64,000 nucleotides of DNA from Candidatus Delongbacteria bacterium (GCA_963663545.1 OY760505.1:1632001-1696000), one strand, 5' to 3'. Numbered from the stretch's first letter, positions 1 to 11,038 are shown. Translations and numbers: made by a program. The notes: generated by a model not told the origin, from the sequence alone.

Positions 1-65
1 AAGGCGGCAAGGATAATCAAGCCAAGGTCCAGACCGAATAGCAACAGCCCCAACAGGAAGCGCAT
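1..65 (-). CDS. partial membrane protein (N-terminus only; runs off the left edge)
   Basis: ATG at 65, just downstream of the regulator stop; reads MRFLLGLLLFGLDLGLIILAA (hydrophobic). Confidence 0.4.
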   Translation of the reverse strand, partial: MRFLLGLLLFGLDLGLIILAA

Positions 66-77
66 GGTGCTGGTTCC

Positions 78-1469
78 CTAATCCAGATTCAAGTCGTGCT
101 TCTTGATTCTATAGCGCATTGTCTCACGACTGAGCCCAAGCATACGCGCGGCACGTGACACATTGTAACGCGCCTTCTGCATGGCTCTGGCCAGAAGCAC
201 TTTCTCAAATTCCACGATCGAAAACCCATCCTCGGGTATTTCGAAATCATAGCCGATGCGTACGCGCGTCTCCTCGCCCTCGCTCTTGCGATCTGCGCTA
301 CGCCGCCGCCAAAGATGCAGATGCTCGGCCTCTACCCAGTCTTCGGCTTCGATCAGCACCGCTCGCTCGATTGTATTACGCAACTCACGCACGTTGCCGG
401 GCCAATTGTAATTGCGCAACGCGTCATTGGCTGCGGGACTCAGGCCCTTGATGTTGCGATTGTACTCGCGGGCAAAGCGGTTGATGAAGAACTCCGCCAG
501 CGTAAGCACATCCTCACCGCGCTCGCGCAATGATGGCAGCTCAAGCACGATCACACTCAGACGAAAATAGAGGTCCTCGCGGAACTGGTGTTCCACAAGC
601 ATCTGGTCCAAGTTTTTGTGTGTTGCAGCAATGAAGCGGATGTCGACGGGAATCTTGCGTGATCCACCGACTCTGCGAATGCAGCGTTCTTCCAGCACAC
701 GCAGGATTTTCGCCTGCAGTTGAAAATCCATGTCACCAATTTCGTCCAGAAAGAAAGTACCTCCGTCAGCACGTTCGATCAGGCCGATCTTGCGTTCCTT
801 TGCATCGGTAAAGGCACCCTTCTCATGACCGAAGAGCTCCGACTCGAGCAGTGTGGAGGGAATAGCGGAGCAATTGACTTCTACGAATGGCTCATCACGA
901 CGATCACTGTTGAAGTGGATGGCGCGCGCAAAAAGCTCCTTACCAGTACCCGTCTCACCGCGAATCAACACGGTGTTTGCGGATGAAGAGGCTACCTTTT
1001 GCGTGGTCTGCTTGGCACGCATCATTGCCTGTGAATCACCAATGATCTCAGAAAAATCGTAGCTGCCTTCGCGACTGGCAACCAGTTCTCGCTGTAAACG
1101 ATCACGAAGCTCTTTGCCTGCACGCTCAACCAGTAGACGCAGCTGCTCCAGATTGAGCGGCTTGATCAGAAAGTCGTCTGCCCCCTGCTTCATGGCCGTC
1201 ACGACGCGATTGCTGTCGTACTCCCCGGTAATCATAATGCAGTGCAGATTTTCGTTTCCGCTGCGCAACCTTTCCAATACGGCCATTCCCGAGATATCAG
1301 GAAGATTCACGTCGATGATTGTGATATCCGGCGGCGATTGCTCGACGGCATCTACAATGTCACGACCACGCTGGAAGAGTTGAACATCGTGTCCCAGACC
1401 GCTCAAAAACTCCTGCAGGACTTTACGTGTCGTTGCATCATCGTCAACGATATAAATGCTGTGGCCCAC
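78..1469 (-). CDS. sigma54-dependent response regulator (NtrC/AtoC family: REC-AAA+-Fis HTH)
   Basis: N-terminal receiver (IVDDD, D, K), GETGTGKE Walker A, GAFTDA motif, WPGNVREL, C-terminal HTH. Confidence 0.95.
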   Translation of the reverse strand: MGHSIYIVDDDATTRKVLQEFLSGLGHDVQLFQRGRDIVDAVEQSPPDITIIDVNLPDISGMAVLERLRSGNENLHCIMITGEYDSNRVVTAMKQGADDFLIKPLNLEQLRLLVERAGKELRDRLQRELVASREGSYDFSEIIGDSQAMMRAKQTTQKVASSSANTVLIRGETGTGKELFARAIHFNSDRRDEPFVEVNCSAIPSTLLESELFGHEKGAFTDAKERKIGLIERADGGTFFLDEIGDMDFQLQAKILRVLEERCIRRVGGSRKIPVDIRFIAATHKNLDQMLVEHQFREDLYFRLSVIVLELPSLRERGEDVLTLAEFFINRFAREYNRNIKGLSPAANDALRNYNWPGNVRELRNTIERAVLIEAEDWVEAEHLHLWRRRSADRKSEGEETRVRIGYDFEIPEDGFSIVEFEKVLLARAMQKARYNVSRAARMLGLSRETMRYRIKKHDLNLD

Positions 1470-1484
1470 CTTCTCCTCCTATCC

Positions 1485-2591
1485 CTATATCAGGGTCTCA
1501 TAGATTTGCACGTAATTCATGTAACGCAGCTCGGCAATCCGTCCCTCCTCAACAGCCTGCTTCACCGCACAATCTGGCTCCGCCAGATGCCGGCAATTGC
1601 TGAATCGGCAATTGGGCGCCTGTAATACAAACTCCGGGAAAAGCTGTGGCAGCTCTTCGGGAGTGATTCCGTAAAGGGCGAACTCCTTAATTCCCGGTGT
1701 GTCAACAACGTGACCACCAAAGGCAAAAGGAATGAGTCTTGATGCTGTTGTCGTGTGACGACCCTTACGCGCTTGCTGCATCACGGTGGCAATGGGAAGC
1801 TGCAGCTCCGCGTCCAGGGCATTTAGCAACGAACTCTTTCCTACGCCGCTTTGCCCGCTAAGGACCGATGTTCGGCCACGCAGCGTATCACGTAGTTCGT
1901 CTAGGCCTTGACCCGACACAGCGCTCACTTCGAGCACGGGAATCCCCAATTCGCGCCAGATTTCGGCTGTATCACAGAACTCCCTCTCTGCATCCAGATC
2001 AATCTTGTTGAGGCAGATCACAGGAGGGATATCGTACTTGCCAGCGGTGACCAAGTAGCGGTCGATCAACCCCGGTTTCAAGTAAGGATCTCGAACCGAT
2101 GCCACGATGACCAACTGATCGATATTGGCAACGATAACCTGCTCGATATCTGTGTGCAGCTTGGCTGCACGACATAGGCGATTGCTGCGCTGATAGACTT
2201 CGACAATCACACCACCGCCATCACCAGCCTGTATCACGGCCACACGATCTCCGACAGCCACAAGCGTACTGTCCTCGTGTGGCGTTCGGGTCGTGGAACG
2301 GCTGCGACACTGTATCACGCCTTCGGCAGTTTCAACGGCAAAGGTGTTCCGCGTATACCCGATAACCAGGCCGTCCGTCGATTTCTCTGTGTCACGCTGT
2401 AACTGGGTATTCTTGGTTCTAACCGTGCGGAGAACGCGTAAATCAGCCACCTCTTCTGCCTGCTCGAGTCCCAACTCTGTGCCGCGCTGCATGGTTGTAG
2501 CACGTAATAGTTCGCGACGCTCTTCTTGGCGATCCTGCTCCACCTTCTGTCTGCGCTCGCGGCGCTTCTTTGTCCAAGTGCGTTGGGCCAT
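1485..2591 (-). CDS. rsgA: ribosome small subunit-dependent GTPase A
   Basis: Circularly permuted GTPase motifs NKID, GQSGVGKSS, GRHTTT, DTPG, and Zn finger CRFSNCRH..EPDC. Confidence 0.95.
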   Translation of the reverse strand: MAQRTWTKKRRERRQKVEQDRQEERRELLRATTMQRGTELGLEQAEEVADLRVLRTVRTKNTQLQRDTEKSTDGLVIGYTRNTFAVETAEGVIQCRSRSTTRTPHEDSTLVAVGDRVAVIQAGDGGGVIVEVYQRSNRLCRAAKLHTDIEQVIVANIDQLVIVASVRDPYLKPGLIDRYLVTAGKYDIPPVICLNKIDLDAEREFCDTAEIWRELGIPVLEVSAVSGQGLDELRDTLRGRTSVLSGQSGVGKSSLLNALDAELQLPIATVMQQARKGRHTTTASRLIPFAFGGHVVDTPGIKEFALYGITPEELPQLFPEFVLQAPNCRFSNCRHLAEPDCAVKQAVEEGRIAELRYMNYVQIYETLI

Positions 2592-2594
2592 AGG

Positions 2595-3917
2595 TCAGGA
2601 TTCCTGATGCAAGAGGGCGTAGGCTTTCGCCTCGCTGTGTCCGCGGCTCTCCTTAAGCGTGAGCAGCAGAACAGTTCCGATAACAAAGAAGACCAGTAAA
2701 GACACAATGCCGATGCGTAATTCCCCCGTGATCCAGGTGATGACACCAAAAGTGCCCATCCCCAGAATATTGGCGCCATAGGACGACATGGTGAAAAAGC
2801 CGAAGAACTCGTTCTCCATTCCCTTTGGCAGTATCACCGACTGCAGAGCGCGTGATACGCCCTGGCTGCCTCCCATAGCAACTCCTGCCAGAATGCCGAT
2901 CAGCCAGAATTCCATGCGGGCATCACCAAAAATACCCAGGTACCAGGCCCAGACGAGCACCAGCTCCCAGACACCTAGCGCAGCGATCAGAGTCCAGCGC
3001 TTACCCAGCAGGTCGGCGATATATCCAAAGAGCATAGCGCCTGCTAACGCCGTGAATTGTATCACAAGAAAGAACACGACAAGCTGTCCCTGATCCATGC
3101 CCAATTCCATCGCACCGAAAATCGCCGCAAGCCGTATCACAGTTTCTACGCCCGTTCCAAACACGAGATTGGCCAGCAAAAAGCGCTTGAGCGTTGGCAG
3201 CTCACGAAAATGGTGCAGTGTCGTGCGGACTCGCCTCCAGCCAATTTTCAAGTAACCGCCCATGCTTCCAGCCTGTTGCGGTGTCGGCGTATCACGCAAG
3301 AGAATCATTGTGGGCAGCCCGAACAGCAACCACCAAAAAGCTGTCATGCCAAAACTATAGCGGTACTCGAAGCCCGGCACATGCTGCGCCAGCAGCAAAA
3401 TGATTACCAGCAGCAAGCCGCCTCCTAAATAGCCGGCAGCGTAGCCAATGCCGGAGAGGCGCCCCTCTTGACCCGGTGGAGCAATCTCCGGTAGAAATGC
3501 ATCGTAGAATACGGTGCCCGCACCAAACCCTACTGACGCGAAGATGAACAGCAGCGAGGCGAGGAGGAGGTCACCGGCGCCCATGAAAGTCAGAAGTCCC
3601 GTGCAAACCAGGCCCAGAATCCACGCATAGCGCAGATAGCGTCGCTTTCGACCCGAGAAATCCGCCAGTGCACCAATGACAGGAGAAGCCAATGCAACAA
3701 GGCCAAGCGCCAGCACATTGATGAAACTGTAGAGGGTGACACCGGGAATACGCAGTTCATATCCAAGCAGTCGGAAGGTGCTTCCCTCCACACCGCCCGC
3801 AATCACACTCGTATAGTAGGTGTTGAAAATTACCGCCAGTACGACGACGGCAAAGGCGCTATTGGCAAAATCGTAGGCCACCCAGCCCACTGCCGCGCGC
3901 AGACGCAGTTTCGTCAT
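2595..3917 (-). CDS. MFS transporter (UMF1/Atg22-like)
   Basis: W..YDFANSAF motif and about 12 hydrophobic segments; start moved to MTKLRL. Confidence 0.85.
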   Translation of the reverse strand: MTKLRLRAAVGWVAYDFANSAFAVVVLAVIFNTYYTSVIAGGVEGSTFRLLGYELRIPGVTLYSFINVLALGLVALASPVIGALADFSGRKRRYLRYAWILGLVCTGLLTFMGAGDLLLASLLFIFASVGFGAGTVFYDAFLPEIAPPGQEGRLSGIGYAAGYLGGGLLLVIILLLAQHVPGFEYRYSFGMTAFWWLLFGLPTMILLRDTPTPQQAGSMGGYLKIGWRRVRTTLHHFRELPTLKRFLLANLVFGTGVETVIRLAAIFGAMELGMDQGQLVVFFLVIQFTALAGAMLFGYIADLLGKRWTLIAALGVWELVLVWAWYLGIFGDARMEFWLIGILAGVAMGGSQGVSRALQSVILPKGMENEFFGFFTMSSYGANILGMGTFGVITWITGELRIGIVSLLVFFVIGTVLLLTLKESRGHSEAKAYALLHQES

Positions 3918-4009
3918 ATTCCCCAAAATCCATGTACGCAAATCGTGGTTTATACCAACCAAGATCGGATAGCATAGAGGGGAAAGCAAGATGATGAGCG
4001 GGGAAGCTG

Positions 4010-4768
4010 TCAGCGATCGAGCTGTTTATGCAACGTAGTTCGCAGCGCCTGTTCGTCAGACATTTTGAGCAGCACGCCATTTTGCACAACTGAGATGTTA
4101 CCCGTTTCCTCGGATACAACGACCACAATGGCATCCGAGCTCTCCGAGATACCCAGAGCGGCACGATGTCGGGTGCCCAAACTAAGGTCTACATCCGGGT
4201 TTTCCGTCAGCGGTAGAATGCACGATGCCGCAACGAGACGGTTTCCCTCAATGAGTGCGGCGCCATCATGAAGCGGGGTTCGCGGAAAAAACAGGCTGAC
4301 CAGAAGCTGGCTTGTTACTTCGGCATCCAGACGGATGCCCGTCTCGACTACACCCTTGATGCCCGTATTGCGAATGAGCACAATCAGACCACCATACTGG
4401 CGCGAAGAAAGATCCACCGCAGCACGTACGACTTCTTCGATCACACCCGTCGGACGCAATTGCAGAAAGCGATTGATCAACGGGCTGTTGCCGGTTTGAA
4501 TGAGAAAACGTCTGAGCTCGGGCTGGAAGAGAATGACCACAGCGATGGCCCACACGGTCGCGAACTCGCGGAAGATGAGCGAGAGCAGCGCCAGTTCCAT
4601 TACCTGCACGACGAAATAGAAGAAGAGAATCAGCAGCATGCCAAAGAACATGGGCACGGCACGGGTTCCCTTCATCAAGCGATAGCCCTGATACACCAGC
4701 ACGCTGACGAGCAGAATATCCACCAGATCGCGCCAGCCGGGTTGCAAGATGTGCCAGGTTTGGGTCAT
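4010..4768 (-). CDS. cdaA: diadenylate cyclase CdaA
   Basis: Three N-terminal TM segments, FQPELR, PLHDGA, GTRHRAA, VVSEETG. Confidence 0.95.
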   Translation of the reverse strand: MTQTWHILQPGWRDLVDILLVSVLVYQGYRLMKGTRAVPMFFGMLLILFFYFVVQVMELALLSLIFREFATVWAIAVVILFQPELRRFLIQTGNSPLINRFLQLRPTGVIEEVVRAAVDLSSRQYGGLIVLIRNTGIKGVVETGIRLDAEVTSQLLVSLFFPRTPLHDGAALIEGNRLVAASCILPLTENPDVDLSLGTRHRAALGISESSDAIVVVVSEETGNISVVQNGVLLKMSDEQALRTTLHKQLDR

Positions 4769-5448
4769 ACTCGCCTTCGTCCTCGTGTTGGACGGAATTC
4801 CTGTAGATACAAGGGCTCGAGCCCATCTAAATCAGCAGCGCCGTATTCCTGAAAACGACGACGCCCCAGTTCACAAAGCCACGCGAGCGAAAGCTCGCAA
4901 TCGGCCGCATCAGCCAGTCGCAACCGACGCGGAAGAGGGGCAACATCCTGCTGCCGCAACTCCGCTACAGCTGGCCCCAGGACCAGCGCGTCTTCTTCAA
5001 CAGCGCTCAAGAAGCTCTCGTGCGACAACCACTGAAACTCGCCAAGCCGTTTCACGCAACCGCATTCCGCCTGGTAAGGCGCAGTGTACACTTCGCCGCG
5101 ACGGGCGGGCATGACGGGACGCACAATTCTATCGGAATTTGCCGACTGCCAGGCCAGCACGTCCAGCGTACAGACATCGACCAGGGGCACATTACCACCA
5201 GCCGCCAGCCCTTTTGCCGTCGCCAGGCCAACGCGCAACCCTGTAAAGGAGCCAGGCCCGTTTGCATGCACGATCAGCTCCAGATCCGTGACACGCAGTT
5301 GTTGACGTTTAAGCATCGTGTCAATGGCGGGCGCGAGCTCTTCTCCGGCTCGCAGTGGGGGCGCAAAAGAATGCTGCTCCAGCAATCCATCGCCAGCCAG
5401 CAAAATGCCGCAAAGGGAAGTAGAAGTGTTGATTGCCAGCGTGAGCAA
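4765..5448 (-). CDS. tsaB: tRNA threonylcarbamoyladenosine biosynthesis protein TsaB
   Basis: GPGSFTGLRVG, ARRGEVY, LEPLY. Confidence 0.93.
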   Translation of the reverse strand: MLTLAINTSTSLCGILLAGDGLLEQHSFAPPLRAGEELAPAIDTMLKRQQLRVTDLELIVHANGPGSFTGLRVGLATAKGLAAGGNVPLVDVCTLDVLAWQSANSDRIVRPVMPARRGEVYTAPYQAECGCVKRLGEFQWLSHESFLSAVEEDALVLGPAVAELRQQDVAPLPRRLRLADAADCELSLAWLCELGRRRFQEYGAADLDGLEPLYLQEFRPTRGRRRV

Positions 5449-5510
5449 ATTTCCGACCCCGGGTGTATCACAGCCACCGCACTTGGGCTTAAGATAAGAA
5501 AGAGGTCCGA

Positions 5511-6872
5511 TCAGTTCTGCAGCTTATGCCCAACAGCCAGCTCCAAATCAGCAAGTCGGTCGTGAAAAGCCAACACTCGTCGCAAATGGTCACTCTCGGC
5601 GCGGCGAAACACGGCCTCCGCCGATTGCACATTCAGCAAGGGAGCCAGGCCAAGCTGATAGCGTTCGCGCTCCAACTCCAAACTGCGTCGGGCCAATTCT
5701 CGGTTAAGACCGGTCAACTCACACTCGTCAAAGAGTGAATGCAGCTCGGCCAGCGCAGCGCGCACCTCCGTCTCCACTTCAAGCACAAATTGCTCTTCTT
5801 CCAGCTGACGTTTGCGCAACTCAACGCGACTGCGCTCAAATGTATCACGCGTCTGGAAGCCCTGGAACAAGGGCAAACTGAGTGTCACACCGATGCTGTT
5901 GGAATAATCCTCGGGAAGGTAATCGAAGTCAAACTCTCCTGATCGCGGTGTGTTACGCGAATGGCTGGCGTTCAAGTCCAGGCTTGGAAGAAAACCGGCA
6001 CGTGCTACACGCACATCCTGTTGTGCAGACTCAACGCTGTTGCGCGTTTGTATCACATCCGGACGTCGCGCCGCCTGCTGCAACAACTCGTTCTCGCCCC
6101 AGTGCGGCTCAAAGGCTTCAAAACTCATCAGCAGTTTGACTGGGGCACCCGATTGCGCCCCCAAGAGCAAGGCCAGGTCATCCCAACTGGACTGATGCTC
6201 GCGACGGGCGGCCTCCACAGCCACTTTCTGTTGTCCGCGGTTGATCTCAGCCTGTAACACATCCAACTCAGTCGCCGTGCCTACCTCGTTCTTTGCAGCC
6301 GCCAAATTGTACTGTTCACCACTCTCCACCAGCAGTGCCTCTTCGCTGGAAAGCAGGGCTTCAGCCGCTAGCACGCGATGCGCGGCCTTTTTTAGCTGCA
6401 TGCGGAATTCCTGACGTGCGTGGGTCTCCTCCTGCTGCAGGTTCTGGTCCAAAAGCAACGCCTTGCGCATCCGTGCCCAGTTGGCCATGCCCGCAAAGAG
6501 ATTCTGGCTGAACGACGCACTCAGCCCCACCGTTGAAGATTTTGGATGTATCACAGTATTGTGGCCGACCGATCCATCAGCGTTCTCGAAGGACTCCGTG
6601 CGCTGCCAGGATTGCCCAAGGCCATAACTGAAGCTCAACGTCGGCAATAGCTCACCATAGGCGGCAAGGCGATCCCAGCCACGAACGCCAAGGTCCAGCG
6701 ACACACTCTGCAGCTCCAGGTTGGAACTCTCGCCCAATTGCATCAGCTGATCAAATGTGTAACCATGTGAGTTATCCAGAGCAGGACGCCCGGCAGCGTG
6801 AAGTGGTGTAGCTGACAGGCCAAGAACAAGCAGACCACCAAGAAGGCGGCCTGCGCTGAATACTGTCTTCAA
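5511..6872 (-). CDS. TolC family outer membrane protein
   Basis: Signal peptide; two OEP repeats (LLPTLSF, FLPSLDL, LSLPLFQG, RYQLG). Confidence 0.88.
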   Translation of the reverse strand: MKTVFSAGRLLGGLLVLGLSATPLHAAGRPALDNSHGYTFDQLMQLGESSNLELQSVSLDLGVRGWDRLAAYGELLPTLSFSYGLGQSWQRTESFENADGSVGHNTVIHPKSSTVGLSASFSQNLFAGMANWARMRKALLLDQNLQQEETHARQEFRMQLKKAAHRVLAAEALLSSEEALLVESGEQYNLAAAKNEVGTATELDVLQAEINRGQQKVAVEAARREHQSSWDDLALLLGAQSGAPVKLLMSFEAFEPHWGENELLQQAARRPDVIQTRNSVESAQQDVRVARAGFLPSLDLNASHSRNTPRSGEFDFDYLPEDYSNSIGVTLSLPLFQGFQTRDTFERSRVELRKRQLEEEQFVLEVETEVRAALAELHSLFDECELTGLNRELARRSLELERERYQLGLAPLLNVQSAEAVFRRAESDHLRRVLAFHDRLADLELAVGHKLQN

Positions 6873-6890
6873 GGAATTCCTCCCCGGGGG

Positions 6891-7772
6891 CTAGAGAGCT
6901 TCTGCGGCTCGCTTCTTCCAAGGCCAAATGTGCGGAATGACAACGTCTCCCACTCTGTTCACGAGAGGCAGCCAGGTAGACGGCTCGATGGCTCGCGGCA
7001 CCGAAGGTGGTTCGGGAACTGCGGGCACGGTCAACCATGTGGGAACTACCGGGGCGACTACCGGCGGTTTTAGCTCAGAGAAATCGCGATCTCCAAGCAC
7101 GGCGGTCAGGCTTTTCTCCTTGCGCGCACGCACCACCAGAAGTTCAACTTCATCGCCGGGTTTGTAGCGTCGAATCAAGCGGCTCAGACGGCCTGAACTT
7201 TCAACATCGTGCCCCTCGATTTGCACCAACACATCGCCGACCATCAGTCCGGCTCGATCAGCGGGGGAATCCTCAACAACATTATCGATGAGGACGCCAA
7301 CGCCCTGATCGACACCGAAGTACTCGAGCAGGTTGTCATTGATACCGGTCACGCTGATGCCAAGAAAAGCCCGACCAGAGGTGCTGACCACCGTGGGCGT
7401 CTGGCTGCTGGTCTCGATTTCGCGAGTTGGCGGTTCGGCAAGCGTGATTCTGTGTTTGCGCGTTTGGCCGTCGCGGCTGACGATGACGTCAATTTCGTCT
7501 CCGGGGTCGAAACGACGCAAGAAGAAGCTGAGATCGTCCAAGTCAGCGACGGGCTTCCCGTCCAGTTCAACCAGGACGTCGCCCGAGTGAATTCCGCCCT
7601 TCTCGGCGGGTCCGCCCTCGACGACGCGCTTGATGAGCAAGCCTTCGCCTTGGAATCCTGAAGCTTTCAGCGCCGCACCATCGCCCGGAATGATACCCAG
7701 AAAAACCTTGGGACCCGCAAACGCGGGTACCATCAGAACCAGGGTGAATAGGATGCGCAGCAAGGTCAACAT
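6891..7772 (-). CDS. secreted double-PDZ-domain protein
   Basis: Signal peptide; two FLGI...V.EGGPA/DSPA..AG...GDV PDZ repeats; no protease domain seen. Confidence 0.85.
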   Translation of the reverse strand: MLTLLRILFTLVLMVPAFAGPKVFLGIIPGDGAALKASGFQGEGLLIKRVVEGGPAEKGGIHSGDVLVELDGKPVADLDDLSFFLRRFDPGDEIDVIVSRDGQTRKHRITLAEPPTREIETSSQTPTVVSTSGRAFLGISVTGINDNLLEYFGVDQGVGVLIDNVVEDSPADRAGLMVGDVLVQIEGHDVESSGRLSRLIRRYKPGDEVELLVVRARKEKSLTAVLGDRDFSELKPPVVAPVVPTWLTVPAVPEPPSVPRAIEPSTWLPLVNRVGDVVIPHIWPWKKRAAEAL

Positions 7773-7782
7773 GGTAGTTCTC

Positions 7783-9183
7783 CTACAGGAAAAGGCGGTC
7801 TGTGACGCCTCCTCCAGCTTCAGGTTTCAGGGAAAACAAGGCATCGGCTGCTTGTCGGGCGCTGCGGACGGCTGCTTCCATGGAAAGCGGGACGCCCACG
7901 TCACACCACGCCCCGGCCAGCAACAGGCCTTTAATATGGGAAAGCGATGGGGCGCGGGAAAGCTCGAAGTCAGCGTCCTGTCGCCAAGTTGCGTGGCGTC
8001 TAATGATAGTGTGCAAATGTCGCGGAGCCGGTAAAGCAAGGCGTCGCATGCACTCTGCCACGGCTGCCGACAAGCGCGGCAAGTCTTCATGGGATAGTGC
8101 GCTTCCGGCTAGAATCGCTCGGCCGGGACCCGCAGGAAAAATCCATTGCAGCGGAGAATTACGAAAGCCGGTCAACCTGTTCTGCGCCTGCCAGCCGGGA
8201 GGCCCACTGTCTGGGCCAGAATCGAACACAAAGGGCGTACCCAGCGGCTTGTCATTCCATTCCACCAGCACATTGGCGATGTGATAGCCCCGTGAACGAC
8301 TACCGGCTGCGGGTAGGCGACCTTGGCTTTGCCAACATGCCATGCCGTGCAGCTCTTCAGGCGCGGCGGCCCAAACCACCAAATCGGCGCCTAGAAACTC
8401 ATCCTGACAAACGACTCCGCGCACCTGACCGCTTTGCACCACTACCTCTTGCACGCGCCTTCGGGTATGCACGTGCGCTCCTGCAACTTCCAGGGAACGG
8501 AGGAGTGGAAGCGTGATGAGCTCCTCCAGCAAAGAAGTTGCCAGTATTGACCTTGGTGCCCCAGGCGACGCGAACATCTGGAACAGCGAGGAGCGCCACA
8601 GACCCGCGTGTACGTGCTTGGGAGGCGCATTGAAAACGCCCAGCGTCCATTCGGAAAGAAAGGCCACCGTATCCGCATGGATAGCTGCCCTGGCCAGATA
8701 TTCAGCTGCAGATTCACGAGCTTCGGGTTTGCTCCTCAGCAGGGACCACAAATCCCGAAGGGCGCGCAGCTTGCCACCTCCGGTAGGAAGCGTGCCACGC
8801 GAAAATGACAACGCGCTCCCCATACAGCCGGAGACGCCAGTTGGCGGGAGATCCAGTCGCGCAACATCTGAAGTTCCAACTAGTTGATACGCTACAGGTA
8901 GCGTGTGCAAGAAGGCACCTTGCCCTAGCTGCTGTACCAGCTCGATTGTACTGGTACATGTGCCCAGTAGCAGGTGCAAACTATGATCCGCGCGACCAAG
9001 AGGGGTCTCCACCGCCAGCAAATCGCCACCAGCGACACGTCGTCGCTCGATGAGATGTACACAGTAACCCTTGCTGCTGAGCTCGCGTGCCACACAAAGA
9101 CCCGCCAACCCAGCACCGACGACTACTACGCGGGCAGGCCTGCCGCCAATTGTGGATACGAGGTTCAGCTCTAGCGTCGACAT
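7783..9183 (-). CDS. hpnE: hydroxysqualene dehydroxylase (FAD amine-oxidase family)
   Basis: GAGLAG Rossmann motif, C-terminal AGAW...SMEAAVRSA; follows hpnC-hpnD. Confidence 0.75.
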   Translation of the reverse strand: MSTLELNLVSTIGGRPARVVVVGAGLAGLCVARELSSKGYCVHLIERRRVAGGDLLAVETPLGRADHSLHLLLGTCTSTIELVQQLGQGAFLHTLPVAYQLVGTSDVARLDLPPTGVSGCMGSALSFSRGTLPTGGGKLRALRDLWSLLRSKPEARESAAEYLARAAIHADTVAFLSEWTLGVFNAPPKHVHAGLWRSSLFQMFASPGAPRSILATSLLEELITLPLLRSLEVAGAHVHTRRRVQEVVVQSGQVRGVVCQDEFLGADLVVWAAAPEELHGMACWQSQGRLPAAGSRSRGYHIANVLVEWNDKPLGTPFVFDSGPDSGPPGWQAQNRLTGFRNSPLQWIFPAGPGRAILAGSALSHEDLPRLSAAVAECMRRLALPAPRHLHTIIRRHATWRQDADFELSRAPSLSHIKGLLLAGAWCDVGVPLSMEAAVRSARQAADALFSLKPEAGGGVTDRLFL

Positions 9184-10049
9184 CGCCAGAATCCGCGAAT
9201 CATGAAAAACAGCTTCTGTAGGGACGAAAGGCTGGGGCGACTGCTGAAAACATCGTAGTCGCGGCGCTTGATTTCCGCCAACAAAGGGTAATAGACTTCG
9301 CCAATCAAACGTGCAAGTCGCAGTCGACGGCGATCTTCAGGGCCGAGAAGCTGGTCTGCACGACGATAATGGTCCTCGGCACGATTGGCCAGTTCGCGAA
9401 GAGCTGCGCGATGTGCCGCAGTGGCATGATCGGTGGCAAGATTGGCTCTGGTGAGCCCATGCATATCCAGCAATTGTTGCGGAAGATAGACTCGCCCCTC
9501 CAGGGCGTCCTCGCGAACATCCCGGAGAATATTGATCATCTGCAGCGCAAGTCCCAATTCACGTGCATACTTACGCGCCAATTTACCTTGGCAGCCCAGG
9601 ATTTCAATCACCATCAAGCCCACTACGCCAGCCACATGCCAGCAGTAGTCGTCCAGCTCGGACCAGTCGCGATACCGGCGCTGGTTCAGGTCCATTTGCA
9701 TGCCGCGCAGAAGATCATAGAAAGGGGTGGCATCCAGATGGAAACTCTCGATGGCATTGACCAAAGCCGCAGACCAAGGAGCAGCAGGATCGGGATTGGC
9801 ACTCTCAATGATACGATCCAGGGTGGCACGCACGCGATCCAAATTGGCAGCGCGTTCTTTAACCGGACCCTCGTCTACCGCCTGATCTGCGACCTGACAG
9901 AAAGCATAAACCGCCTCCATCGCCTGTCGCTGCGGCCGAGGCATCAGAGAAAAGGCCAGCGAGAAATGCTTGGCGTGCTGCCGTGAGAATCGGTGGCACC
10001 ACTCCTGCGACGAGGCAAGACCAAATGAAGTGTAGGTCTCGGCTTGCAT
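9171..10049 (-). CDS. hpnD: presqualene diphosphate synthase (squalene/phytoene synthase family)
   Basis: YAFC..AD..VD, YC..VAGVVG, LGLALQMINILRDVRED..GRVYLP. Confidence 0.85.
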   Translation of the reverse strand: MQAETYTSFGLASSQEWCHRFSRQHAKHFSLAFSLMPRPQRQAMEAVYAFCQVADQAVDEGPVKERAANLDRVRATLDRIIESANPDPAAPWSAALVNAIESFHLDATPFYDLLRGMQMDLNQRRYRDWSELDDYCWHVAGVVGLMVIEILGCQGKLARKYARELGLALQMINILRDVREDALEGRVYLPQQLLDMHGLTRANLATDHATAAHRAALRELANRAEDHYRRADQLLGPEDRRRLRLARLIGEVYYPLLAEIKRRDYDVFSSRPSLSSLQKLFFMIRGFWRCRR

Positions 10050-10051
10050 CC

Positions 10052-11038
10052 TCAGGGTCTCCTGGAAACCGGCGCCAGCAGGCTACCCGCCGAGAAGAGC
10101 GCGATGCGCAGCTTCCGACCGCCTCCCACATGGGGACGCTGCTTCAACACCTTATGTCCAAGGCCCTCGACGGCGTCCAGAATGGCATCTCCTCCACCGA
10201 TGAACAAGCTGACTTCAAAGCGTGCGCGTCTCGGTAGCAAGGGTAGCAGTCGATCGCCCGAGCGCAGCATCTGACGGCTCCAGGCGCAAAGCTCCTTTAG
10301 CAGCGGATCAAAGCGCTCGCCGGATTTGAGGATGTTGCGCGGTAGCGAAGAAAGCTGATGACGCTTCAGCCGGTTGCGCGGAATATAGCAGCGCCCTTCC
10401 GTCAGATCGCGGGAAAGATCCTGCCAGAAGTTGGCCAATTGCAACGCGCTGCAAACGTCGTCGGAATACATGGCGGCACGCGCCCAGCGATGATCGCCTG
10501 GCCGAATACCGAATAGCTGCAACATGATACGGCCAACAGGATCGGCACTGCGGCAACAATAGTCCAGCAGCTGCACATCGCTTTCGTAGCGCAACCGCCA
10601 TTGATCCTGGCGAAAGGCTGAGATCAGATCCAGGAAGGGCTGCAATTCCAGGCTTTCGCGTTCCAGGGCCTCGTGCAGGGCGAGCAGTATTGGATGAGCA
10701 TGCTTGTGCTGTGCCAAATCGGCACTAAGGGTGCGCCAATGATCCAGTCGTGCCACGCGCACTTGCGGAAGACTCCAGCCGTTGGGAATCAGCGGCGGCA
10801 CCTCATCGCCCAGATCGTCGGCAAAGCGGGCGTAGGCGTACACGGCCTCCAACGAGGGGCGCTGTTGGCGAGGAAACAAGTGGCTGCCCACGGTGAAGTT
10901 CTCGTAGTGGCCACACAACGACTGGCAGAAGGCTTGCGCCTCCTCAGAGCTACCGCAGCCCGGTTCAAGATCCGCGAGTACCGCCCGTAGACCCGCTGGG
11001 TCCTGAGGTGGCTGGATGCTGATGGAATGTTCGGCCAT
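10052..11038 (-). CDS. hpnC: squalene synthase HpnC
   Basis: HYENF.V.S, YAYARFADDLGDE, AF.QDQ, YC..SADPVGR, LQLANFWQD; start taken at MAEHS. Confidence 0.9.
   Translation of the reverse strand: MAEHSISIQPPQDPAGLRAVLADLEPGCGSSEEAQAFCQSLCGHYENFTVGSHLFPRQQRPSLEAVYAYARFADDLGDEVPPLIPNGWSLPQVRVARLDHWRTLSADLAQHKHAHPILLALHEALERESLELQPFLDLISAFRQDQWRLRYESDVQLLDYCCRSADPVGRIMLQLFGIRPGDHRWARAAMYSDDVCSALQLANFWQDLSRDLTEGRCYIPRNRLKRHQLSSLPRNILKSGERFDPLLKELCAWSRQMLRSGDRLLPLLPRRARFEVSLFIGGGDAILDAVEGLGHKVLKQRPHVGGGRKLRIALFSAGSLLAPVSRRP

Noticed and set aside
4010..4768. Diadenylate cyclase as a CBASS-like defence enzyme
   Set aside because: Ordinary three-TM CdaA in a housekeeping context
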